Virus record (IMG/VR): IMGVR_UViG_3300045988_078563
Reading direction: 5' to 3' (one strand)
From: a virus
DNA length: 57,623 nt
Positions 7,720-16,073 of this stretch are shown here, piece by piece; position 1 is the first letter of the stretch, and the number at the start of each line of letters is the position of its first letter. The notes under the pieces are model-generated. The model did not search any database. It was not told the origin of the DNA and was given only the letters and a program-made list of their open reading frames with translations. The position numbers and the translations under genes were made by a program.

Positions 7720-8207
7720 TGATATATATAGGAATTGACCCAGGAAAAAATGGTGGTATTGCTGTGATAAATGATAAGTTTCCTAAACCTGTTAATATAA
7801 CGGTATATAAATATTCAGATGATGATTTGATAGATGTTATTGACGTATGCACAAAAGGTTCTTCCATAGCAGTACATAGAGATGAAGAAATTAAATGTGT
7901 ACTTGAAAAAGTAAATGCAATGCCTGGACAGGGTGTAGTATCAATGTTTAACTTTGGACAGAACTTCGGTTTTATTCAGGGTGTACTTAAAGCATATGAA
8001 ATACCATTTGAATTAGTACCACCCCAGAAGTGGAAAAAAGAGTTTAGTGTAACAAGTGATAAGAATACATCTATTGAAGTAGCTAAGAGATTATTTCCTG
8101 GTGTTAATCTAAAGGCAACAGACAGATGCAGAAAAGACCACGACGGAATGGCAGAGGCATTATTAATTGCAGAGTATGGAAGGAGGCATTATAATGGAAC
8201 ATTATAA
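7719..8207 (+). CDS. ruvC: RuvC-like Holliday junction resolvase
   Basis: N-terminal MIYIGIDPGKNGGIAV, and C-terminal D..AEALLIA acidic motif. Confidence 0.8.
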   Translation: MIYIGIDPGKNGGIAVINDKFPKPVNITVYKYSDDDLIDVIDVCTKGSSIAVHRDEEIKCVLEKVNAMPGQGVVSMFNFGQNFGFIQGVLKAYEIPFELVPPQKWKKEFSVTSDKNTSIEVAKRLFPGVNLKATDRCRKDHDGMAEALLIAEYGRRHYNGTL

Positions 8208-8352
8208 TAACATTATGCACATATACAAAGGAAAATCTGATAATGAATTTTATCAATTGTTGAGTCTTGATGGTTTATATGGAAGATTTATGCGATTAAA
8301 TGATAGGATTGTATATACGAAACATCTAATAGATATGGAATTTTGGGTATAA
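8194..8352 (+). CDS. Hypothetical small protein
   Basis: AAGGAGG 7 nt before ATG 8194. The track start 8167 lies inside ruvC. Confidence 0.45.
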   Translation: MEHYNNIMHIYKGKSDNEFYQLLSLDGLYGRFMRLNDRIVYTKHLIDMEFWV

Positions 8353-8367
8353 TAAGGAGACATTATA

Positions 8368-8925
8368 ATGGCAAGTCGTAGAGAAGGAATAAAAGCAAAT
8401 AACGAACAACCAAAAACTGCTGAATCTATAATGAAAAAGGTGGATGGTATAAGTGATACAATAAAAAGAATATCAGATGGACTTGTAAAAAAATATTGTG
8501 ATGATTTGGACAACTTTATGCAAGTTACAAGAGATATAATAACAAGAAATGACGGCATAACAGATATACAGTTGGAACAGGCTATTCTTGAATTAGCAAA
8601 TATATTATATTTTACAGGTTCAGCACAGGAAGATTTAGGTATTAAAGAAGATACTTGCAAAGCTATCCGACAGGAAGTATATTCAAAGGCAAGGGAGCAA
8701 GCAACCGGAAAGACAGTTGCGGATAAAACGGCACAGGCGGAGCTTATAGCACAAGCAGAAACAATGACACTTGCTATATATTCAAGAGCTTATAAAAAAG
8801 TAAAACTGAGAATGGATGCAGGATATGAGATGTTGAACAGCTTAAAAAAGGTGATGAATAAGCGAATATCCGAGTTGGAATTATCTAACAGCAGATATAT
8901 TAATCATTCAGATAATAACGATTAA
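8368..8925 (+). CDS. Hypothetical protein
   Basis: ORF track; AAGGAG RBS. Confidence 0.6.
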   Translation: MASRREGIKANNEQPKTAESIMKKVDGISDTIKRISDGLVKKYCDDLDNFMQVTRDIITRNDGITDIQLEQAILELANILYFTGSAQEDLGIKEDTCKAIRQEVYSKAREQATGKTVADKTAQAELIAQAETMTLAIYSRAYKKVKLRMDAGYEMLNSLKKVMNKRISELELSNSRYINHSDNND

Positions 8926-8938
8926 AGGAGATGAATAT

Positions 8939-9292
8939 ATGTCTGTATGTAATAGAGATTGTTTTAATTGTACCTATACAGATTGTATATGTGATGAACC
9001 TTCTGACGATTTAGCTTTAGATAGACAGCTTGATTTAGAAGCTAAAATAAATATTACACCGGCGGCTAGAGCTTGTAAAAAATACAGGAAAACAGAAAAG
9101 GGTAAGCAAGCAGTATATAGGTGGAATCATTCAGATAAACATAAAGAAATAATGAGAAATTATAATAAATCTGAAAAAGGAAAGGAACGCTCAAAACGAT
9201 TTGAACAGACAGAGGCTAGAAAGGCATACAGAAGAGAATGGCAAAGAAAAAAGAGATTAAAGTTAAAGGAGGAAAAAGAATTATGTATATAA
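8939..9292 (+). CDS. Hypothetical Cys-rich / basic repeat protein
   Basis: N-terminal CNRDCFNCTYTDCIC, then repeated K-x-EKGK segments. Confidence 0.55.
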   Translation: MSVCNRDCFNCTYTDCICDEPSDDLALDRQLDLEAKINITPAARACKKYRKTEKGKQAVYRWNHSDKHKEIMRNYNKSEKGKERSKRFEQTEARKAYRREWQRKKRLKLKEEKELCI

Positions 9293-9387
9293 CCCCATTC
9301 ATTTTAGGTGTAATTGTAGGTGCATTTAGTATGCTAGTATCAATTGTTATACTGGCATTAATCATAACCGGAAAGAAAGGAAAATAA
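9283..9387 (+). CDS. Small single-pass membrane peptide (34 aa)
   Basis: AAGGAGG at 9266-9272. MYITPFILGVIVGAFSMLVSIVILALIITGKKGK. Confidence 0.45.
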   Translation: MYITPFILGVIVGAFSMLVSIVILALIITGKKGK

Positions 9388-9388
9388 T

Positions 9389-9523
9389 ATGAGCGAAGCA
9401 GAATATATGGAAGATGGAGCAGATTATTTAGAGGAAGGATGTCAAAGACAGACTTGTGATGGCTGTATGGCTTACGATTACTGTATGATAAAAGGACAAG
9501 AGGATGAGCAATGGGAAGATTGA
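9389..9523 (+). CDS. Small acidic Cys-containing protein (44 aa)
   Basis: GAAAGG before ATG 9389. Overlaps the next start. Confidence 0.4.
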   Translation: MSEAEYMEDGADYLEEGCQRQTCDGCMAYDYCMIKGQEDEQWED

Positions 9524-9771
9524 TTGTTGCTGATACTTTAATTAAAGATTTAGGTTATTTATATACAAAAAATCGTATTCCCGTTGATATGAGAGCAAAA
9601 CAAACATTATCAACAATTATGGAGCAACCAACAGCTTACAATGTAAATAAGGTTGTGGAACAGTTGGAAGAAATCAAGGCTTATATGCTATATGAAAATA
9701 TGAACGCTGATGTTAAGTGGATTGATAGGGCAATAGAGATAGTAAAAGCAGGAGGAAATGTAAATGAGTAA
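9511..9771 (+). CDS. Hypothetical protein
   Basis: ORF track. Confidence 0.55.
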   Translation: MGRLIVADTLIKDLGYLYTKNRIPVDMRAKQTLSTIMEQPTAYNVNKVVEQLEEIKAYMLYENMNADVKWIDRAIEIVKAGGNVNE

Positions 9772-10783
9772 TCTTGATTTGATTATAAAAGACTTAAATA
9801 AGAAAATGAAAGTAGGAAATATTCAGCTAGGTGTGGATTTTCAGGAAGTACAGAAGATTCCTTTTTCGTCATGTAGATTGAATTATATGACCTATGGCGG
9901 AATACCTATAGGAAGAATAGCTGAATTTTTTGGTACAGATGGAAGTGGTAAGACAACAACTGCCATTGATATAGCTGGACAGACACAGAAGTTATTCCCA
10001 GATAAGAAAGTGTTGTTTGTAGATATAGAACATACATTTGACCCAGTATGGGCGACAAAGCTGGGATTAAATTGTGATGATTTGCTTTACTTAGACCCCG
10101 ATAGTATGGGAGCAGAAGAAGTATTTAATATTATAATAGATATAATAGACAGTAGAGAAATAAGTCTTTGTATATTAGATTCTATTGGAGCTATGGTATC
10201 TATGCAGGCAAATGAAAAGGAAATTGGTGAGAGAACATATGGTGGAATCAGTATGGCTTTAACTGAATTTACTAAGAAGATAACCCCCATATTAGCTAGA
10301 ACACAGGCGAGCTTTATCGGTATAAATCAAGCGAGAGATGATATGAATAGCCCTTATGGAGGGACTACCACAACAGGTGGGAAGTGTTGGAGACACGGCT
10401 GTAGCACAAGACTTGAATTCAGAAAAGGAAACTATATTGATGAGAAAGGTAATAATCTTTCCAGAGCTTGTGAAAATCCTGCTGGAAATATAGTTAATGT
10501 GTCCTTAATTAAGTCTAAAGTTGTTAGACCGGATAGAAAAGTAGGCTTCTATACTCTTAAATATCTGGAAGGAATTGATTATATTTCAGATGCAGTTGAT
10601 GTAGCTATTAAATTAGGACTTGTTAATCAAGCAGGTTCTTGGTTCACATTAGTAGAACCTGAAACTGGAGAAGTTAAAGAGAAATTTCAAGGCAAGCCTA
10701 AACTTGTTGAATATTTAAAAGATAATATAGACGTATATACGCAGTTATCTAATGATATTCAGACATTGTTAGAAGAAGAGTAG
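9764..10783 (+). CDS. recA: RecA-family recombinase
   Basis: GGIPIGRIAEFFGTDGSGKTTTAI (Walker A). LDSIGAMV and FIGINQARDDM blocks are collinear with RecA. Confidence 0.85.
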   Translation: MSNLDLIIKDLNKKMKVGNIQLGVDFQEVQKIPFSSCRLNYMTYGGIPIGRIAEFFGTDGSGKTTTAIDIAGQTQKLFPDKKVLFVDIEHTFDPVWATKLGLNCDDLLYLDPDSMGAEEVFNIIIDIIDSREISLCILDSIGAMVSMQANEKEIGERTYGGISMALTEFTKKITPILARTQASFIGINQARDDMNSPYGGTTTTGGKCWRHGCSTRLEFRKGNYIDEKGNNLSRACENPAGNIVNVSLIKSKVVRPDRKVGFYTLKYLEGIDYISDAVDVAIKLGLVNQAGSWFTLVEPETGEVKEKFQGKPKLVEYLKDNIDVYTQLSNDIQTLLEEE

Positions 10784-10800
10784 TTATATACAATTTACTA

Positions 10801-10838
10801 AAGTTATTCACATTAAATTGTGGATAACTTTTTTATTT
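10801..10838 (+). terminator. Rho-independent terminator
   Basis: aagttattcaca/tgtggataactt 12-bp stem (one G-U), 6-nt loop, ttttatttat. Confidence 0.8.
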
Positions 10839-10855
10839 ATTTCACATAAAATCAT

Positions 10856-10884
10856 TTGACATTTTTATGTATATGTATTACAAT
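10856..10884 (+). promoter_or_regulatory. Early promoter copy P4
   Basis: ttgaca 10856-10861, N17, tacaat 10879-10884, plus the caagttaagaaa box. Confidence 0.85.
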
Positions 10885-10925
10885 ATAATCAAGTTAAGAA
10901 ATAAAAAAAAACAGGAGGACAAAAA

Positions 10926-11111
10926 ATGAAATTAGCAGAAATCAAGGATTTAGATAGGGAAGTATTAACAATCGAGGAACTTAATGATTTAGAATGTGAA
11001 GAATTTGTGGAAAGAGTGGAGTGTCTTGGTGCTTCCGAAAACAATAAATATTATTGGTATGATGTAACATTAACAGATGATACTCGTATAGATGTATATA
11101 CAGAAAAGTAG
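10926..11111 (+). CDS. Hypothetical acidic early protein
   Basis: ORF track; AGGAGG RBS. Confidence 0.6.
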   Translation: MKLAEIKDLDREVLTIEELNDLECEEFVERVECLGASENNKYYWYDVTLTDDTRIDVYTEK

Positions 11112-11118
11112 GTTTAAT

Positions 11119-11655
11119 ATGAAAGAAATATTTAAACAAATACATAGATATAAAGAACAAGATTTTGAAGAGGGTAAATCGTTTGAGTTTACCCTTGATG
11201 GAAAAAGAAATGAATTAAATACAGAAGATTATATATGTCCTCCAGTCCAGAAAATGGGAGTAGGAAAGTCATATAAAATAACTGTTAAAAAATATATGAC
11301 AGAACCAGCTACAGCCAATTTTGATTTTCAGGATAAGTGGAATAATGGAGAGCCTATGCCGCTTTGTATTATGCAAGGTGAAGTTATAAAAGAAACAAGA
11401 GGAATGTATTATATGAGTTTGCAAGGCAAAGCAGAACCTACATTAAAATGTCTTGTATGTGGTAAGACATTAACTAATCCAATTTCTAAACTTTATGGAA
11501 TAGGTCCAGAATGTTCTGAAAAAGTAGGGTTAATAAGAATAGAAAGTGAGGAGGAAGCAAAAGAAAAATTGAAACACATTATGGAACAGATAGATGATAT
11601 AAGCTGGACGGGTTGGGTAATAAAATCCGCAATAAAAGAATGGGAGGAAATATAA
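11119..11655 (+). CDS. Hypothetical protein with DUF6011-like zinc-ribbon motif
   Basis: CLVCGKTLTNPISKLYGIGPEC (11449..11514). The start is uncertain (11092 or 11119). Confidence 0.55.
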   Translation: MKEIFKQIHRYKEQDFEEGKSFEFTLDGKRNELNTEDYICPPVQKMGVGKSYKITVKKYMTEPATANFDFQDKWNNGEPMPLCIMQGEVIKETRGMYYMSLQGKAEPTLKCLVCGKTLTNPISKLYGIGPECSEKVGLIRIESEEEAKEKLKHIMEQIDDISWTGWVIKSAIKEWEEI

Positions 11656-11656
11656 A

Positions 11657-12115
11657 GTGAGTATGAATGTTAATGTGTATCAGGATAAAGAAAAATTTAA
11701 AGTAACTCTATCTGATGAATATACAACTAAACTTATAAAATGGTACGATAATCTATCAGATGTATACGATTTTGCAAAGGAGATGTTTAATAGATATAAT
11801 ACGTTTGTTTCGATTAAGTTTAGAAAAAATTTAATGCAGGACGAACTGACCGGAACACAGGAGGAGGTATCTACTGCATATGAGCTTATAAACACAGCCA
11901 TAGAATTATTGGAGGATTTAGATGAAGAATATAGAGTGAGTGGTTTTTTGATGAATTGGGAAAAGCTTAGAGCTATATCTTATGCAAGGCAAGATATAAA
12001 TGAGGCTATTAGAGAGCATAAAAAAGCATCATATTTTATTGAACATAAAAATAGCCTGTCTCCTAAACATATACTTGATTGTATAGAGATAACTGAAAAG
12101 AGACTTAAAGATTAG
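11657..12115 (+). CDS. Hypothetical protein
   Basis: ORF track; GGGAGG RBS before GTG. Confidence 0.55.
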   Translation: MSMNVNVYQDKEKFKVTLSDEYTTKLIKWYDNLSDVYDFAKEMFNRYNTFVSIKFRKNLMQDELTGTQEEVSTAYELINTAIELLEDLDEEYRVSGFLMNWEKLRAISYARQDINEAIREHKKASYFIEHKNSLSPKHILDCIEITEKRLKD

Positions 12116-12307
12116 ATGCCTGCGTTAAATCAAGAAGCGTTAGGATAACAACATATAAATATATAAGTGACATTATCACATCTTATTTGAAGGATAGAGA
12201 AAAAAAAAGAAATATAAAATGATTCAATTATTTGTTTGGTCTGTGTTGATGATTATTGCAGGTTGGTTTATTGGGAAATATAATTAGGTGAAAGGAGGAA
12301 TCTACAA

Positions 12308-12433
12308 ATGCCAGTGATTAGAACAAAGAAAGGTTATAAGTGGGGAACAACAGGAAAAGTATATCCCACTAAGAAAGAAGCCTTGAAACAAGGTAGAGCT
12401 ATAGAAGCCAATAAAAGTAGGAAAAATAGATAA
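12308..12433 (+). CDS. Small basic protein (41 aa)
   Basis: AAAGGAGG 7 nt upstream. MPVIRTKKGYKWGTTGKVYPTKKEALKQGRAIEANK. Confidence 0.5.
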   Translation: MPVIRTKKGYKWGTTGKVYPTKKEALKQGRAIEANKSRKNR

Positions 12434-12636
12434 TGAGTAGAGAATAATGTGAAGCTAGATTATTAGAAAAATGTAAAGAAATGAGTGATATTTTGAAAGA
12501 ATATGATAAAGAAGCTGACTATTTATCGATAGTAATATATTCAAAAGATAATTATTTTTTCTATAACTAATAATTATTGGGAAGGTCATCCTATAATAGA
12601 TTTTTTTTAAATTTGATAAGAAAGAGGTGTGCTCGG

Positions 12637-12972
12637 TTGGCAACTAGAGATTATTCAGACAGGCAGGAACAGCATATTGCAAAAGTGACAGGTGGAAAAG
12701 TACAGAGCAATTCAGGAGGAACGAAGTTCGGTGGAGGTGATGTGCATACAGATAAATTCTTTATAGAAGCTAAAACACCTACTAAAGAACAGACATCTTT
12801 CACTATTAAGAAGGATTGGATAATTAAGATGAGAGAGCAGGCATTTGAGCAAGGCAAAGAAGAGGCTGTATTGGCTTTTAGATTTAATCCTTATTTAGAT
12901 AATGATTTATATATATTAAGTCAACGACAATTCTTAGAATATTTAAGATATAAAGAAATGGAGGAGAAATAG
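12637..12972 (+). CDS. PD-(D/E)XK nuclease, Hjc/RecU-like Holliday junction resolvase candidate
   Basis: E..H..SGG...GDV....FIEAKT core. AGAGGTG before TTG 12637. The track start 12577 is unlikely. Confidence 0.5.
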   Translation: MATRDYSDRQEQHIAKVTGGKVQSNSGGTKFGGGDVHTDKFFIEAKTPTKEQTSFTIKKDWIIKMREQAFEQGKEEAVLAFRFNPYLDNDLYILSQRQFLEYLRYKEMEEK

Positions 12973-12974
12973 AA

Positions 12975-13142
12975 TGCTAACAGAATATGAATACGATTAT
13001 TTACAAAGTAGATTTGATAATAAGCTTAAAACTGATATCACTAATAAAGCTCAAGCATATAATTCTGGTGTATTAGCGTGTAAATCAATTTTATCAAGTT
13101 TTTATCATAAGACTAAAGCTAAGGAGGAGATTAAAGAATGAT
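12975..13142 (+). CDS. Hypothetical small protein (55 aa)
   Basis: GGAGGAG RBS; ATGA overlap with the next gene. Confidence 0.5.
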
Positions 13143-13827
13143 TAAATTAGAACATACAGTTTTACCTTCACCGGAACAGATGGATTTTATAATTGAAGGT
13201 ATGCGTAATCCAATGAATAGTTGGGATAGAAGTGATAGTTATATTACTTATAACATCAATAGTGATAAGATATATGCTTTAGGTGTTGAAGATGCTAAGC
13301 TTATGCAGAAACTATCCAAAGCTGGTACGGACCATAGAAAGTATATGCGAATGTTGTCGGTGTATGTAAGAATTACAGCACCTTTATATTGGTGGAAAGA
13401 ATTTGATACTTATAAAGTTGGTACTGTTGCTAATAGTTGTTCAACAATGCACAAAATCCAGGATAAAGGGTTTACGTTGGATGATTTTAGTACCGAGCAT
13501 TTGAATGATACTTTGTTAGGTACATTTATACCTACATCAGCTTATAATCATATAACAGTTAGTCCAAGACAAATGTTAGAAAATTTCATAATACCTTCTA
13601 TGAATCATAGCAGAGAAGAGTTTATAGCAACAAAAGATAAAGCATATTGGTGGCAGATGATACAGCTACTCCCTAGCAGTTATAATCAAACAAGAAATGT
13701 AATGCTTAATTATGAAGTATTATCTAATATGTATCATTCAAGGAAAAACCATAAGTTAGATGAATGGAGAGAATTTTGCAAATGGATTGAAAACTTACCA
13801 TATGCAGAATTAATTATTGGTGAATAA
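13138..13827 (+). CDS. Divergent ThyX-like fold protein lacking the RHR / SxxxxSxR signature
   Basis: By-eye collinearity with ThyX (KAGTDH..VYVRITAPLYWWKEF, LLPSSY..N...L.N). Low certainty. Confidence 0.35.
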   Translation: MIKLEHTVLPSPEQMDFIIEGMRNPMNSWDRSDSYITYNINSDKIYALGVEDAKLMQKLSKAGTDHRKYMRMLSVYVRITAPLYWWKEFDTYKVGTVANSCSTMHKIQDKGFTLDDFSTEHLNDTLLGTFIPTSAYNHITVSPRQMLENFIIPSMNHSREEFIATKDKAYWWQMIQLLPSSYNQTRNVMLNYEVLSNMYHSRKNHKLDEWREFCKWIENLPYAELIIGE

Positions 13828-13882
13828 GTACCAGATAATTTTGATGTACGAAGATGATGTATTGTTAGAAAGGAGAATATAT

Positions 13883-14059
13883 ATGACAAGTGGTTATATG
13901 ATTAAAATTTTCTTTCGTGATGGAAGAACAGAAGAACATTACTGCGATTGTTACGGAAAGAAAAATGGACTGCTTACATATTATGTCAGATTTGGAGTAG
14001 AAAGTGGAGAACACAATATTCCATACGACTTAATCAATAAATTTATTGTAACAAGGTAA
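13883..14059 (+). CDS. Hypothetical small protein
   Basis: AAAGGAG before ATG 13883. Confidence 0.5.
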   Translation: MTSGYMIKIFFRDGRTEEHYCDCYGKKNGLLTYYVRFGVESGEHNIPYDLINKFIVTR

Positions 14060-14078
14060 AAATCAGAAAGGAGCAGCA

Positions 14079-14579
14079 ATGGAGAGATTAACAAAGACAA
14101 TGAGCTGTCAAGATGGAGCAAGACTTTATGATATATCAAACGAGCTATTTGGGTTAAACATCAGCAGAGCAGATAAAACAAGAATGATTTTAGAAAAACT
14201 TGCAGAATATGAAGACTTAGCGGAACAAGGTAGACTTGTTATTCTACCTTGTAAAGTGGGAGAGACATATTACAGCATTGAAGTTAATACGAAATCTTGT
14301 GAAGAATGTGATTTTTTTCAAAAAGGATATTACTGTGACGATTTCTGTGAAAACAAAATCGTCACAGATGAAGATGATGATACATTAATTAATCCTCAAT
14401 ATTCAGATAAGGTGTTCTGCAAAAAACATTTTTATGAAATTAATAAATGCTTTTTTGACAATGTTGATGAAATTTTTAATTTACGAGAGTGTTTTGGTAA
14501 AACAGTATTCCTTACAAAACCTGAAGCAGAAGCAAAACTGAAAGAATTGAGAGGTGGAGAAAATGAAAGTAGTAATTGA
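14079..14579 (+). CDS. Hypothetical Cys-rich protein
   Basis: ORF track; AAGGAG RBS; the KLAEYEDLAEQGRL motif is common in Firmicutes phages. Confidence 0.6.
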   Translation: MERLTKTMSCQDGARLYDISNELFGLNISRADKTRMILEKLAEYEDLAEQGRLVILPCKVGETYYSIEVNTKSCEECDFFQKGYYCDDFCENKIVTDEDDDTLINPQYSDKVFCKKHFYEINKCFFDNVDEIFNLRECFGKTVFLTKPEAEAKLKELRGGENESSN

Positions 14580-15150
14580 CATACCTAAAGATTTCACAGG
14601 AGATTATATTGCTAACAAATTCAAAGATTTCTTTTCAAGGGTTATCGCGGATATTGATGATTATAAAGGTATGTGTGGTAGATATGAGAAAGAAATTGCT
14701 GAAATGTTTTTAAAAGCATTTGATGATAGCGAAGAAAAGATTTTTTGTAACTGCCAGCAGAACGGCAATTCAATAGATAATGAGCCTTGTTGCAGATGTG
14801 ATAGCAGAAAGGAGAATCGAGAAGTGAAAATTGTGACAGTTAGTGATTTGATAAAAATTCTTGATACAAAAGAAAATAGATATGGTGCTACAGGAAAACC
14901 GAGAATGTTGAATTTATCTTTAAATGGCAATTTTGCTGGCAGTATTGAAAATGTAAAGTTGGATGGTTATGGAGATGGACTTATTACGGATGTGACGATT
15001 AAGATTACTGCATCTAAGCTTACAACAACAAATGGTGACAGGATAAGGAATATGTCGGATGCAGAGTTGGCAGATTGGATTTACTACCACAATACTAAAT
15101 TTTCAAGCGAGATGCAGTGGTTTGATTGGCTTCAATCAAAAGCGGAATAG
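14563..15150 (+). CDS. Hypothetical protein
   Basis: ORF track (14554 GTG or 14563 ATG after GAGGTGGAG). Confidence 0.55.
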   Translation: MKVVIDIPKDFTGDYIANKFKDFFSRVIADIDDYKGMCGRYEKEIAEMFLKAFDDSEEKIFCNCQQNGNSIDNEPCCRCDSRKENREVKIVTVSDLIKILDTKENRYGATGKPRMLNLSLNGNFAGSIENVKLDGYGDGLITDVTIKITASKLTTTNGDRIRNMSDAELADWIYYHNTKFSSEMQWFDWLQSKAE

Positions 15151-15158
15151 GAGAGGAT

Positions 15159-15455
15159 ATGGAAGATATAGATATTACTGGGTATGAAAGTCCTATAACC
15201 TTATTAACACAGATATCAACAGAATTAAATGAAGGCATTGAGAAACAGATATATACAGCTATTCAGACTATTGGAGTTGATATAAATAAAGAAGAACTTA
15301 TTAAAGCTCTTAATTATGATAGAAACCAATACGAAACTGGTTATAAGGACGGCTATATGAAAGCTAAAGAAGATTTAAAGACAGCTCTTGCAGATGTATC
15401 ATTAACGGATAGACAGAGAAATGTAATATCTGCAATATTGGAAAATTTATTTTAA
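15159..15455 (+). CDS. Hypothetical protein
   Basis: GGAGAGG before ATG 15159. Confidence 0.55.
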   Translation: MEDIDITGYESPITLLTQISTELNEGIEKQIYTAIQTIGVDINKEELIKALNYDRNQYETGYKDGYMKAKEDLKTALADVSLTDRQRNVISAILENLF

Positions 15456-15461
15456 AATAAC

Positions 15462-15490
15462 TTGACATTTCTATGTATATGTATTACAAT
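15462..15490 (+). promoter_or_regulatory. Early promoter copy P5
   Basis: ttgaca 15462-15467, N17, tacaat 15485-15490, plus caagttaagaga. Confidence 0.85.
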
Positions 15491-15541
15491 ATAATCAAGT
15501 TAAGAGATAACATATACATAGAAAGGTAAAAGGTGATTATT

Positions 15542-15784
15542 ATGAAAAAAGAAATTAGATATGGAGAATTAAAAATAGGTGATGTTGTATTCTTTCATGG
15601 TGCTAAAGTTGTTATTAAAAATATCAATGTTTGTGGTATATGTGATAATAAGTGGCATAAAGGAGAGAAGATTATAAATTTTGAAATTGAACCATATGAT
15701 GAGGAAACAATAGAAATACTTGGTGACTTTTATTCTCATGGTTGGTATGGTGGAGTTGAAAGTTTAACACTATTTATTGAATAA
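15542..15784 (+). CDS. Hypothetical protein
   Basis: ORF track (GTG 15533 / ATG 15542); AAAGGTG RBS. Confidence 0.55.
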   Translation: MKKEIRYGELKIGDVVFFHGAKVVIKNINVCGICDNKWHKGEKIINFEIEPYDEETIEILGDFYSHGWYGGVESLTLFIE

Positions 15785-15833
15785 AATCTTGTGAAGCGAT
15801 AACACTTAAAACACTATATTAAAGGAGGCTAAA

Positions 15834-16073
15834 TTGAGAGACACTACATATTATGTAACAATTAATATCAAGGATAAGGAAGACAAAATTAAGAGAATCA
15901 AATGTGGCTCAAGAAATGAGATAAGCAGTCGTCTTACTCAGCTACATCTAAAAGGTATCACTTCCTATACATTTACACTTATGAAAAATGGTAACAGATA
16001 CAAGGATTTCAATCTTGAAGATTCCTTGATGAAATTTATAAAATATTTGCCACTTATTAAGGAGGGTTTATAA
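15834..16073 (+). CDS. Hypothetical protein
   Basis: AAAGGAGG then TTG start. Confidence 0.5.
   Translation: MRDTTYYVTINIKDKEDKIKRIKCGSRNEISSRLTQLHLKGITSYTFTLMKNGNRYKDFNLEDSLMKFIKYLPLIKEGL

Noticed and set aside
10819-10827. Perfect DnaA box (tgtggataa) inside the terminator after recA, and ttatccacc at 19442
   Set aside because: These are isolated single boxes embedded in hairpin stems or AT-rich spacers, so they are probably fortuitous. Only the clustered array at 26.9-27.1 kb was retained as a finding.
12434-12636. Possible gene in the 200-nt gap (frame reading ...EARLLEKCKEMSDILKEYDKEADYLSIVIYSKDNYFFYN)
   Set aside because: The frame is closed by TAA just upstream. The only in-frame ATG gives 29 aa without an RBS. 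It is probably a decayed remnant or non-coding.
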